Source: an uncultured Bacilli bacterium
GTDB taxonomy: Bacteria; Bacillota_I; Bacilli_A; RF39; UBA660
DNA: 57,515 nucleotides
Assembly: GCA_947628495.1 (NCBI GenBank)
Contig: CANRAC010000001.1
Span: forward strand, 1-57,515
Reading direction: 5' to 3'
Part shown: one piece after another, positions 42,907 to 51,197 of the stretch
Numbering within the stretch: the first letter of the stretch is position 1
Layout: every line of letters starts with the position of its first letter
Made by a program: the position numbers and the translations under genes
Notes under the pieces: model-generated
Seen by the model: the letters and a program-made list of their open reading frames with translations, nothing else
Databases searched by the model: none
What the model was told of the DNA's origin: nothing

Positions 42907-42987
42907 TCAGTCTCCTTTTAATCAAAAGTTGATTTAAATAATTATTATGATAAATGGGTTCCAAAATTTTATATTCTATTTTCATTT

Positions 42988-43012
42988 TTCATATAATACT
43001 ATATAATATTTA
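42988..43012 (-). promoter_or_regulatory. promoter-like AT element (AAATATTATATAGTATTATATG on the - strand)
   Basis: Contains ATATTATAT and TATTATAT. Lies between the inverted repeats 42956-42966 and 43052-43063. Confidence 0.35.
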
Positions 43013-43307
43013 ATTATTTTTAAAAAACATTACTTAGAGAAAATGATATATTTTTGGGAACCCGGAAATCAAAATAATTATTTCTAATTACTATTTTTGC
43101 AATTTTGTGCTATTTCTTGTTTCAAAATCGCCTCGAATTTCATGAGAATTTAGCAGCCAACAGGCCCTCTTCTTGCCTCGCAGGACCCTCAGGACCTCAT
43201 AATTTTGTCTAAAATTGTTCAAAATGTCCTAAAACTATACAACTAACATTCAAACGATACTAATAAATCGTTAAAAACCCAGAAACCTGAGAGCCCACAA
43301 GCCTAAT

Positions 43308-43604
43308 TTACAGCACAATGGCAAATGGTTGCTTCAAGGCTGACAGGCAGTATGCATTTATTATGCCATTTTCTGTTAAAATTGGCAGTGGGTCTATATA
43401 AACCCAATGATGCTTATTGTTTAAATAGACAAATCTACCATCATTTGGGTCATAACCCCACGACCATTTAGTCTCATTGATGACCCTCGTGAACATATCA
43501 TTGTCTAAAAAGACAGTATCATGACTCTTATAGCCAGATACCGCTTTGACCATACCGCGCACTTTAACCTTTACAATCGGCAAAACTTTGTCAAGTTTCT
43601 TCAT
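43308..43604 (-). CDS. hypothetical early protein
   Basis: 98-aa ORF. Its start overlaps the upstream stop. Confidence 0.55.
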   Translation of the reverse strand: MKKLDKVLPIVKVKVRGMVKAVSGYKSHDTVFLDNDMFTRVINETKWSWGYDPNDGRFVYLNNKHHWVYIDPLPILTENGIINAYCLSALKQPFAIVL

Positions 43605-43813
43605 TACAACAACTCCTCAAAGATTTCATTGACTAAATGCTCATAAAGGTCTGAACTGATTGGTGGCAAGAACACAATTAAACCGTGGGTAGTCCCTTCT
43701 GCTCCTTCGTATTCATCAGTTTCAGCACCGATTTCTTCAAATTTTGTTTTGTCTCTTAGCATTTCAACTTCATCGCTATATTCGATAGAAAAATGTGGCA
43801 TAACTATTTTCAT
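43604..43813 (-). CDS. small acidic early protein
   Basis: 69 aa, rich in Asp/Glu. SD AAAGGAGGTAAAT-ATG. Confidence 0.55.
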   Translation of the reverse strand: MKIVMPHFSIEYSDEVEMLRDKTKFEEIGAETDEYEGAEGTTHGLIVFLPPISSDLYEHLVNEIFEELL

Positions 43814-43887
43814 ATTTACCTCCTTTTATAGTTTATGCGATAATCAAAAGTTCACGACCGATCGGTCCAACTTTAAAAAGGTGGGCA

Positions 43888-44151
43888 TTAGCCCAGCCTC
43901 TTAACCATTTCGACAAACCTGTCAAGGTCAATCGGGTCAACTTCACCATATTTTGCATATTGAAACTCCAAACTTGCTTTAAGGTGCTCCAACTCTTTTT
44001 TCTGCTTTAAAGCCTCTTGCTCGCGCAAAAACCTCATATATGAACTTGTTGGCATAAAAACCTCTTTAGCAATTTTTTCGCCATATATGCTATAGGTTAT
44101 TTTAATTTCTCCAGTTGGACGAAACTTTTTACCCGTGAACTTTTCAACCAT
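43888..44151 (-). CDS. hypothetical early protein
   Basis: 87-aa ORF with SD AGAGGAGGCCTAA-ATG. Confidence 0.55.
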   Translation of the reverse strand: MVEKFTGKKFRPTGEIKITYSIYGEKIAKEVFMPTSSYMRFLREQEALKQKKELEHLKASLEFQYAKYGEVDPIDLDRFVEMVKRLG

Positions 44152-44562
44152 TTAGGCCTCCTCTTTTGCATTGAGTAATTGCTCTAAATAACTTTGCAAT
44201 TGTGCTTTTTGTTCATTATTTAATTTGCTAACATCAATTTTGCTTAAATCCATTTTAGGGATATAGCGCTTTTTAGCATTTTCAATAATGGCATCAATTG
44301 CGTCTTGATGAGCCTTAATTTCCGCCTTTTCCTCCGCGGTTAAGTTATATCTTTGATAACTTGCAATTTCGCGCCCTTGAGTTTTCACCTCATTCATGCC
44401 TTCTTTTAGGGTTGATAGGCTAACCCATTTTTGGCCATTTGAGCCTTCTAGGCCTTCGATATTTACGACTTCCTTCCCAGGCCCCTTGCTTGCTTGAGGG
44501 TTGATTTTTAGTTGGCGGCCCTCAAAAAATACCTCTCCGCCCTTACGTTCTAAAACTAACAT
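44152..44562 (-). CDS. hypothetical early protein (first gene of the leftward arm)
   Basis: 136-aa ORF with SD GAAGGAGGTTAAT-ATG. Confidence 0.6.
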   Translation of the reverse strand: MLVLERKGGEVFFEGRQLKINPQASKGPGKEVVNIEGLEGSNGQKWVSLSTLKEGMNEVKTQGREIASYQRYNLTAEEKAEIKAHQDAIDAIIENAKKRYIPKMDLSKIDVSKLNNEQKAQLQSYLEQLLNAKEEA

Positions 44563-44990
44563 ATTAACCTCCTTCTAGTTTTAGTATATTTTGCAATTAA
44601 ACAATTAAATTATATTTTTGATTTAACTTTTTTATAATTTAATTTTTAATTACATAATAAATAAATTAGTATATATTAAAAATTGCCCGAAAGCCCGCCT
44701 TCCCGAGATGGCGGTTATATTTATGTTAGTGCTAGTGGGCCAATATTTTTACGACCTACTAACGTCACCTGTAAGGACTAATAGGTTGCTATTATAAAGT
44801 TATAATTGAGTAATAAAATTGTTGCAGATTACAGTCCTCGCATGCGTGCACGCGTAATATATAATGATACGCGCGTGAGGTAAATATTAAAAAGACCATA
44901 ACTTGAAAACCTAAATTGCAAGCTCGTTTATAATTTTTATAAAATTTTTACTAAACTATATAGTTTAAGTGCATAATCTTCAATTTTCTG

Positions 44991-45008
44991 GAATATAATA
45001 TAATATGA
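44991..45008 (+). promoter_or_regulatory. promoter-like GAATATAATATAATATGA for the packaging/structural arm
   Basis: Identical 18-mer to 39801-39818 (-). Immediately followed by the hairpin GAGAGCG-gagcggtaata-CGCTCTC (45007-45031) and then the SD and ATG at 45057. Confidence 0.5.
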
Positions 45009-45056
45009 GAGCGGAGCGGTAATACGCTCTCAAAATTGGTAAAAAGGAGGGTAAAG

Positions 45057-45503
45057 ATGACTAAAGAAGAGAGAGAAACTCGAGAGTACAAATCTTTGTA
45101 CAGTGACGAACGATATGCTAAGAAAGCTTGGAAAGAGCTAATGAATGTTGCTTTACAAGGTGACGCTAAGCCACTACCCGCAACCTACGATCCAAAGACA
45201 GGCGAGCAGACGTTCCAGAGTCAACTAGACCAAATGGCGTATGATAATGTCAAGAGACGTTTGAAAGAACAAGGTCTTGACCGTGAGCCACAGCAAGCTG
45301 AAGTGATTGTCGAGAGCAACATTCTCCGGGCCAGATTTAATGATACAACCTTCAACATTATGCTAGACCGAACAGCTGGTAAAGTCCGCGACGAATTATC
45401 TGTTCAAACTAATCCGTTCGAGGACTTGTCCGATGACGAGCTAGAGGCACTAGCAGCTTACCGCGCATCTAAAGAGAAATCTGAGGAGTCGAATAACAAA
45501 TAA
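45057..45503 (+). CDS. terminase small subunit (putative, by position)
   Basis: 148 aa from the ATG at 45057 after AAAGGAGGGTAAAG (the track start is a TTG). Charged and helical, directly upstream of the large terminase. Confidence 0.4.
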   Translation: MTKEERETREYKSLYSDERYAKKAWKELMNVALQGDAKPLPATYDPKTGEQTFQSQLDQMAYDNVKRRLKEQGLDREPQQAEVIVESNILRARFNDTTFNIMLDRTAGKVRDELSVQTNPFEDLSDDELEALAAYRASKEKSEESNNK

Positions 45504-45520
45504 CAATAAAGGAGTAGACT

Positions 45521-47299
45521 ATGGCGAAAACGCTAACTCAATTTCAGAAGGAATTTGGTTATCCATTGTTAACAAATGCGGAAGTACGAGCGGTACGAGA
45601 GTCAAAAGTGAACTGGAATGGACTTGATGGAGAAATAATACGACGTAAATGTATGAAAAGCTACCCTGCGTATTGCCAAACCGTAAATTTCGGTTATCAG
45701 ATGACGCCTTATCATTACTCTTTGACTGCGAACTTGCAGAGGGACTATGAGAAAGGACCCAATCCGGGCATGCCTTATGGACTTATCTTGTTGTCCGCGA
45801 GCCCACAAACTGGTAAATCTTTGTCAGTGACTGAGACGTTTCAGAGTTGGGTTTTGACTAAGAACCCGCGACTATCAGTTTTGACACTGGGCTATGAGTC
45901 AACGTTCGCTTCTAGGTTTGGTCGTAGAAATCGTGAGAAATTTGGTGAGTATGCTCCGATACTTACTCACGGAAAAGTTAAACTTCACGATAAGATACAG
46001 AGCACAGAAGCTTGGGAGACGATGGTTCTTGATCAGAATAATGGTTTATTTGTTTCAACCGGCGGTGGTATGAGTACAGCAGGTATGGGTGGTCCTATTA
46101 CTGGTAAAACAGGTAATGTTGTTGTAGTAGACGACCCGATAAAGAACATGCAGGATGCAGATAGTGAAGTTAAGATAGTGACAAATATCGAGTACTATCA
46201 GTCAGCTATCGAAACACGTCTATTAGGTAATCCAGGTTCGTTGTGTATCGTAATGTGTACTAGATGGGTGCCAAGTGACCTGATCGGATGGCTAAGAAGG
46301 AACCGAAAGAAATACATTGTAGGTGACTACAATTATGCAGCACTTTGTACTGAGACAAATAAGGCTTTAGACCCGTTGGGTCGAGAAGTTGGCGAAGGTA
46401 TTTGTCCTGAGATGGGCAAAGACTCAAACTGGGCACAGATTATTAAAGAGAGCTATACAGCATCACAAGGTGCTCACGTGTATAATGCACTGTTCCAGGG
46501 TGAACCGACGGATGAGCAAGGAAACTTATTTAGGACCGAGGATTGGCAAGAGTATGAAATCGACAAAGTCTGGAAGCCTGACAAATTTGATAGAATTTAT
46601 TTGTCAATAGATGCTACTTTTAAAGACAACAAAGAGAATGACTTTGTTGCTATGAAGGTAGGTGGTATTATGGCTGGCTCTGACTATGCCCGATACTTAG
46701 TCAGAAAACGTATGGATTTGCCTGATACGCTTGACAAAATTCTTAAAGTTTGTCGAATGTTTCCGGAGATTGACGTTATTTATATTGAAGATAAAGCTAA
46801 TGGTCCTGGTATAGTTTCTGTTCTTAGAAAATGGCGCAAGAAGTTGAATATTCAAGAAGAAAACTTCCCGAGTGTCTACCCGTTGGAGCCTGAAGGTGGT
46901 AAATACTCACGAGCACAGACAGCGTCGCCTTTCCAGCGTGAAGGACGTTGCTATATACCTTGTGAAAAAGATGCTCACTTGTTCTCGAGTCCGGATGACT
47001 TTGAGTGGGAAGAAGAGGGCATATCGTATACTCAGGCATTTAAGCATGAACTTGGCACATTCCCATTTGGAGCTAATGATGACTTAGTCGATGCTCATAC
47101 GCAAGCAATAAATAAGAACATACCTTTGTTAACAGGAGAAGAAAAGCCTGAGAAGCGCATAGAGCGCTTTACGTACTATTCTAATTGGTGGCCTGAGATG
47201 TGGGATGATTATAATAAGCTAGAGACCCGAGAGGAGCGTGATGCTTTTATAAAAATGCACGGTGCACCAATGGAATGGAAAACTAGAGTAGGAGGTTAA
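45521..47299 (+). CDS. terL: terminase large subunit
   Basis: Walker A LLSASPQTGKS and Walker B NVVVVDDP. C-terminal RNase-H-like acidic residues (LSIDATFK, YIEDKANG, GANDDLVDA). Confidence 0.85.
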   Translation: MAKTLTQFQKEFGYPLLTNAEVRAVRESKVNWNGLDGEIIRRKCMKSYPAYCQTVNFGYQMTPYHYSLTANLQRDYEKGPNPGMPYGLILLSASPQTGKSLSVTETFQSWVLTKNPRLSVLTLGYESTFASRFGRRNREKFGEYAPILTHGKVKLHDKIQSTEAWETMVLDQNNGLFVSTGGGMSTAGMGGPITGKTGNVVVVDDPIKNMQDADSEVKIVTNIEYYQSAIETRLLGNPGSLCIVMCTRWVPSDLIGWLRRNRKKYIVGDYNYAALCTETNKALDPLGREVGEGICPEMGKDSNWAQIIKESYTASQGAHVYNALFQGEPTDEQGNLFRTEDWQEYEIDKVWKPDKFDRIYLSIDATFKDNKENDFVAMKVGGIMAGSDYARYLVRKRMDLPDTLDKILKVCRMFPEIDVIYIEDKANGPGIVSVLRKWRKKLNIQEENFPSVYPLEPEGGKYSRAQTASPFQREGRCYIPCEKDAHLFSSPDDFEWEEEGISYTQAFKHELGTFPFGANDDLVDAHTQAINKNIPLLTGEEKPEKRIERFTYYSNWWPEMWDDYNKLETREERDAFIKMHGAPMEWKTRVGG

Positions 47300-49468
47300 A
47301 TGGAAGTAAATAATGACTCTAAAGTAATTCATCCTAATGTTAAAGATAGTAGAGTTTTAACCTACCTAAACATTAGAAATAAACCGACGTATGTAAATAC
47401 TGAGGAAGAAAACATATTGTTAAACTTGTGGCGAGAAAAGTACTATCAAGCTAAGAGCGAATATGAGAGAAGTAGGTGCAATAGCACACAGGTTAAATTG
47501 TGGAGAAATGCATTTTCTGGCACATTCTACAAGCTAGATGAGAATAATAAACCAACACAGAATATAATGAAGCCAATTCGTAAGTTGGCATTTGAGTTGG
47601 TTGAAGGTAAAGTGAATAGCAGTATTCCTGCACCTAAAATGTCACCTAGGTATCATGCGGATTTGACTCCAGTAAATGCTACAGAGCACTTAATTCAGCA
47701 CGAAATTGATAAAATGTTGTCTGAGCAGGTCAACGATGAGTCGGAACATAACTGTTTGATTGATGGAGCAAGCTGGTTTAAAGTCACTTGGGACCCATTT
47801 GATAACACACATGAACGTTCTGGCAACCCAAAAGTGTATGCTTGTCCAGTTGATACAGTTTACCCTCAGCCTGGAGTGAAAAACTATAAGGAATTGGAGT
47901 ACATTTTTGAGGTTTCAACGCTAACTGTTGCTCAGTGTTTAGACCTGTATAATCGAGAGATTAAAAGTCCAGATGAAAATGATATTATACCTGTTATAAA
48001 TTGCTACTTTTTGAATGAAGACAGGTATGTTGGCAAATTTACTTGGTGCGAAGAGACCTCTCAGGTCATTTGCAATGACTTAGAGTGGGGTATTCGTAAA
48101 CGCAGAGAGTGCACAGAGTGCCATAATCCGGCACCAATTCAGACAGTTTGTCCTGTTTGTGGCTCAAAGCACTTTAAATATGTGCCTGTTGCAACAGAGA
48201 CGCTTGAGGATGACTTAGTTTATGTTACTAACCCATATCGTGTTGGTAAAACTGAGGATGAGACTCAAGATAATAACCAAGAAGACGAGCAAAAAGCTAT
48301 ACCGGCCGGCACAGAACTGCCACACTACTTAATTCGCCAGTTGCCATTTGTACCTTATCGTAGGGTAAGCGTACCTGGCAGCATTTATGGTATGAGCGAA
48401 GTTGAATTAGTACTAGAAACACAAGATATAATCAATAAATTGTTAAATAAAGCAGAGCGAAAAAGTGCTCGTAGTAAAACACTTGTTACAAAACTTAAAG
48501 ATACTCGCGTGAGCGACAAGAGCGATGAGCTTTCTTATGTTGAAGTAGAGAGCCCACAGGAAGGACAATCTATACAAGTTAAACAAGTTATGTCTGATAT
48601 TAGTGAAGAGATAACTCAGGCTCAGGTATTGTATGAGATTGCTAAATCTACTGTTGGTACGACCGATACGGACCAAGGTAAAAATGACCCTTCTGCTCGT
48701 TCAGGTAAAGCAAAACAATTGCAAATGCAAGCTTCTGCACAGCGTAAAGTAGCACCAGATACGCTTCGTAACTTAGCATTTTCAGGAGTTTATGAGTTAA
48801 TCTTTAAAAATTTGTTAGCATACTCAGATGAGAGCAGGTCCTTTGTGACTTTATTGCCAGACGGCACTAAACGTGAGGAAGTTTGGTCAAAATATATGTT
48901 CTTGTCAGAGGACTCGCATGGTGAGTATTACTATAGAGATGACTTTGCTTGGTCAGTTGACACTGCTACTGAGATTACTCAAGACAGAGCAGCAATGTGG
49001 CAATTGATTGATAATGACTTTATTAACGGCACAATGGGAACTCAGATCGACCCACAACGTGCATTAAAAATGTATTGGCAAATGAAAGAGCAATTTGGCT
49101 ATCCAACCGCAAAATATGCATTGGAGTTCTTAGATGAAGGTCAGAAGCACTTGCCTACACAAGTAGAACAAGCATTAGTAAATGACCCAGAAGCATTGCA
49201 AGTTGCTTTACAATTTATGCAAAACAAACAGCAAATGATGGGCTTAGGCGGAAATAGTTCAACTCTTGGTGGCAACCAAGGTGGACGTTCAGCAAATGGT
49301 CAATCACACGCTGCAAATGTCGAAAAGACAAATAATAAAAATCGTGCTCAGTCTGGTGCAGGAGAAACGACTACTGTAGCTACTGCTCAAGGTGGTATGC
49401 AAGGTGGAACAGCGACTCCTGAAACGAGTCGACAGACAAATAGCACAAGTACACAGGAGGCAAAATGA
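47300..49468 (+). CDS. portal protein (putative) with an internal 4-Cys zinc-ribbon insertion
   Basis: 722-aa ORF immediately after terL. CTEC...CPVC at 48110-48160. Gln/Gly/Thr-rich C-terminal tail. Confidence 0.65.
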   Translation: MEVNNDSKVIHPNVKDSRVLTYLNIRNKPTYVNTEEENILLNLWREKYYQAKSEYERSRCNSTQVKLWRNAFSGTFYKLDENNKPTQNIMKPIRKLAFELVEGKVNSSIPAPKMSPRYHADLTPVNATEHLIQHEIDKMLSEQVNDESEHNCLIDGASWFKVTWDPFDNTHERSGNPKVYACPVDTVYPQPGVKNYKELEYIFEVSTLTVAQCLDLYNREIKSPDENDIIPVINCYFLNEDRYVGKFTWCEETSQVICNDLEWGIRKRRECTECHNPAPIQTVCPVCGSKHFKYVPVATETLEDDLVYVTNPYRVGKTEDETQDNNQEDEQKAIPAGTELPHYLIRQLPFVPYRRVSVPGSIYGMSEVELVLETQDIINKLLNKAERKSARSKTLVTKLKDTRVSDKSDELSYVEVESPQEGQSIQVKQVMSDISEEITQAQVLYEIAKSTVGTTDTDQGKNDPSARSGKAKQLQMQASAQRKVAPDTLRNLAFSGVYELIFKNLLAYSDESRSFVTLLPDGTKREEVWSKYMFLSEDSHGEYYYRDDFAWSVDTATEITQDRAAMWQLIDNDFINGTMGTQIDPQRALKMYWQMKEQFGYPTAKYALEFLDEGQKHLPTQVEQALVNDPEALQVALQFMQNKQQMMGLGGNSSTLGGNQGGRSANGQSHAANVEKTNNKNRAQSGAGETTTVATAQGGMQGGTATPETSRQTNSTSTQEAK

Positions 49469-50382
49469 TAAGAGATGATGAACGTATTTATGCAGAAGTT
49501 AATGACCCTAATACTGTTTTGGCATCGGGGACATTAGAGGCAGGCGTACCAGTTATTGGTGATGGCAATAAAGGTGTTAAAACTTTACCTTGGCCTACAA
49601 GTAAAAGTTTATTATACCTAGACTCAAATAAAACCTTAAAAGAATTACCTTATAATACAGCTGGAGCATTTGTTGGCACTGACCAAGATGGTAATCTTTG
49701 TATGTTACATGCAGATGGCACATTAGCTGATCCAGAGAAGTCGGTGAGTCGTACGTATGCTTGGTTTACTCTTAGTATTGTTGGCAAACCTGCCGAATGG
49801 GTTGATAATGATGGATTTACTCGAGATACTGGTGGGGCTTATTTTATTTGTGGTGATGAATATTCTTCTACTCACTCTCCCGACGATATACCATATTGTA
49901 CTCAAGGTATAGATAACAACTGGACATTTGACCACATGTATTTAGATTTGCCAAAAAATGCGGTTTATTTAATTAATTTAAATCAAGTATTTAAATTTGG
50001 TAAAAAGGTTGGTACAAGTTCTATAACTGAAGATATGACTGATGCTGACTGGAATGAAGGTTTTGGACTAGGTTTACAGTATCAATTAGCAGACATTAGC
50101 GATCCTAACCCTAAATGGTATAATGTTCAAAGATTATATTGTTCGAGTAGACAAGATGAAGAAGCTGCACCTGGCGCTCGTTTAGCATGTATATGGAAAG
50201 ACCGACCATATTATAGATTACAAACCTCATTTTTGATTAAAGGTAAAGGTCGACTTAGGTTTCGTATAGTTAATTATAGAACAGAGAGTGAACGTACATT
50301 TATACCGTATATTAGTGATATAGATTGGTTTAGTCCACGTGATTATCTAATGAGTACTATTGTCGAGATAGCAGAAGTTTAG
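49465..50382 (+). CDS. hypothetical virion protein
   Basis: 305-aa ORF. ATGA overlap with the portal stop. Confidence 0.5.
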   Translation: MIRDDERIYAEVNDPNTVLASGTLEAGVPVIGDGNKGVKTLPWPTSKSLLYLDSNKTLKELPYNTAGAFVGTDQDGNLCMLHADGTLADPEKSVSRTYAWFTLSIVGKPAEWVDNDGFTRDTGGAYFICGDEYSSTHSPDDIPYCTQGIDNNWTFDHMYLDLPKNAVYLINLNQVFKFGKKVGTSSITEDMTDADWNEGFGLGLQYQLADISDPNPKWYNVQRLYCSSRQDEEAAPGARLACIWKDRPYYRLQTSFLIKGKGRLRFRIVNYRTESERTFIPYISDIDWFSPRDYLMSTIVEIAEV

Positions 50383-50390
50383 GAGGTACT

Positions 50391-51188
50391 ATGGAAAGTT
50401 TCGGACATGAAAGAAAAGTGCAGCAAGGTGAAGACTGGAACTTAGATATTTTGCTATCTGCTAGTGACGTAGAGTATATACCTTTTATTGTTAGTAGTGA
50501 GCGAAAGAATCCATTCTTTGTTATAACAATTGCTAGTACTAAGTACGAGAAAAACCATCGATACGTGCAATCTTGGTGGTGCTCAGTCGATGACGACTTA
50601 AAATGGCCTAGATTTTATAGTACTGTGCCGGTCGATAAAGGCGAAGTAAGTTATAGAGGAGATATTACTCCAACAGATGGTGAGACCTATGCAACTCGTT
50701 GTTTATATCAATATACTCTTGAGGAAGATGAAGTTGATACAATTCTTGGACATAAACCTTATTATTATTTATGGGCGGCTTATGACAACGATCCAGGATT
50801 TCATAGTTTTAATCATACTGAGTATGAATATGAGCCTAGACTAAGATTTAATTTCTTGTCGCCACAGACAGCTGAATGGGGCAGTCAAAATTATATGTAT
50901 CAGATTACATTAGTTAGTGGTCAGTTGATGCATGAGCGTTTGCACGAAATTTATTTAGCACACGATGCACCTGACACTTGGCCAGTGTTGCCAGAGGACT
51001 TAAATGATTGGTCTACTTTATCGGATGTTGAGAAAGGTTTATGTTATGACTATGTTAAATTACATTGGCCTAACGACTTTCAGCCTGATATTGACAGAGA
51101 CTCTCCACTTGGCACAATCGAGCATCCTGAGCCAGTGCTACCACCAACAAAACTTGAGGTCTTCAATAATTTGAGGACTATAATTTAG
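50391..51188 (+). CDS. hypothetical virion protein
   Basis: 265-aa ORF with SD TAGGAGGTACT-ATG. Confidence 0.5.
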   Translation: MESFGHERKVQQGEDWNLDILLSASDVEYIPFIVSSERKNPFFVITIASTKYEKNHRYVQSWWCSVDDDLKWPRFYSTVPVDKGEVSYRGDITPTDGETYATRCLYQYTLEEDEVDTILGHKPYYYLWAAYDNDPGFHSFNHTEYEYEPRLRFNFLSPQTAEWGSQNYMYQITLVSGQLMHERLHEIYLAHDAPDTWPVLPEDLNDWSTLSDVEKGLCYDYVKLHWPNDFQPDIDRDSPLGTIEHPEPVLPPTKLEVFNNLRTII

Positions 51189-51197
51189 GAGGAATAA

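Noticed and set aside
21844-44562. Lysogeny or mobile-element functions (integrase, recombinase, CI-like repressor, transposase), including the RSDKG repeat of the 316-aa protein as a Mu-type transposase fragment.
   Set aside because: No tyrosine or serine recombinase motifs and no DDE motifs are visible. The RSDKG repeat alone, in a 316-aa protein without a catalytic core, is insufficient. The phage is provisionally treated as virulent.
44563-45035. tRNA genes or small ORFs in the divergent control region.
   Set aside because: I found no cloverleaf-compatible set of helices and no TTCRA-type loop. The short ATG-initiated frames stop within a few codons.
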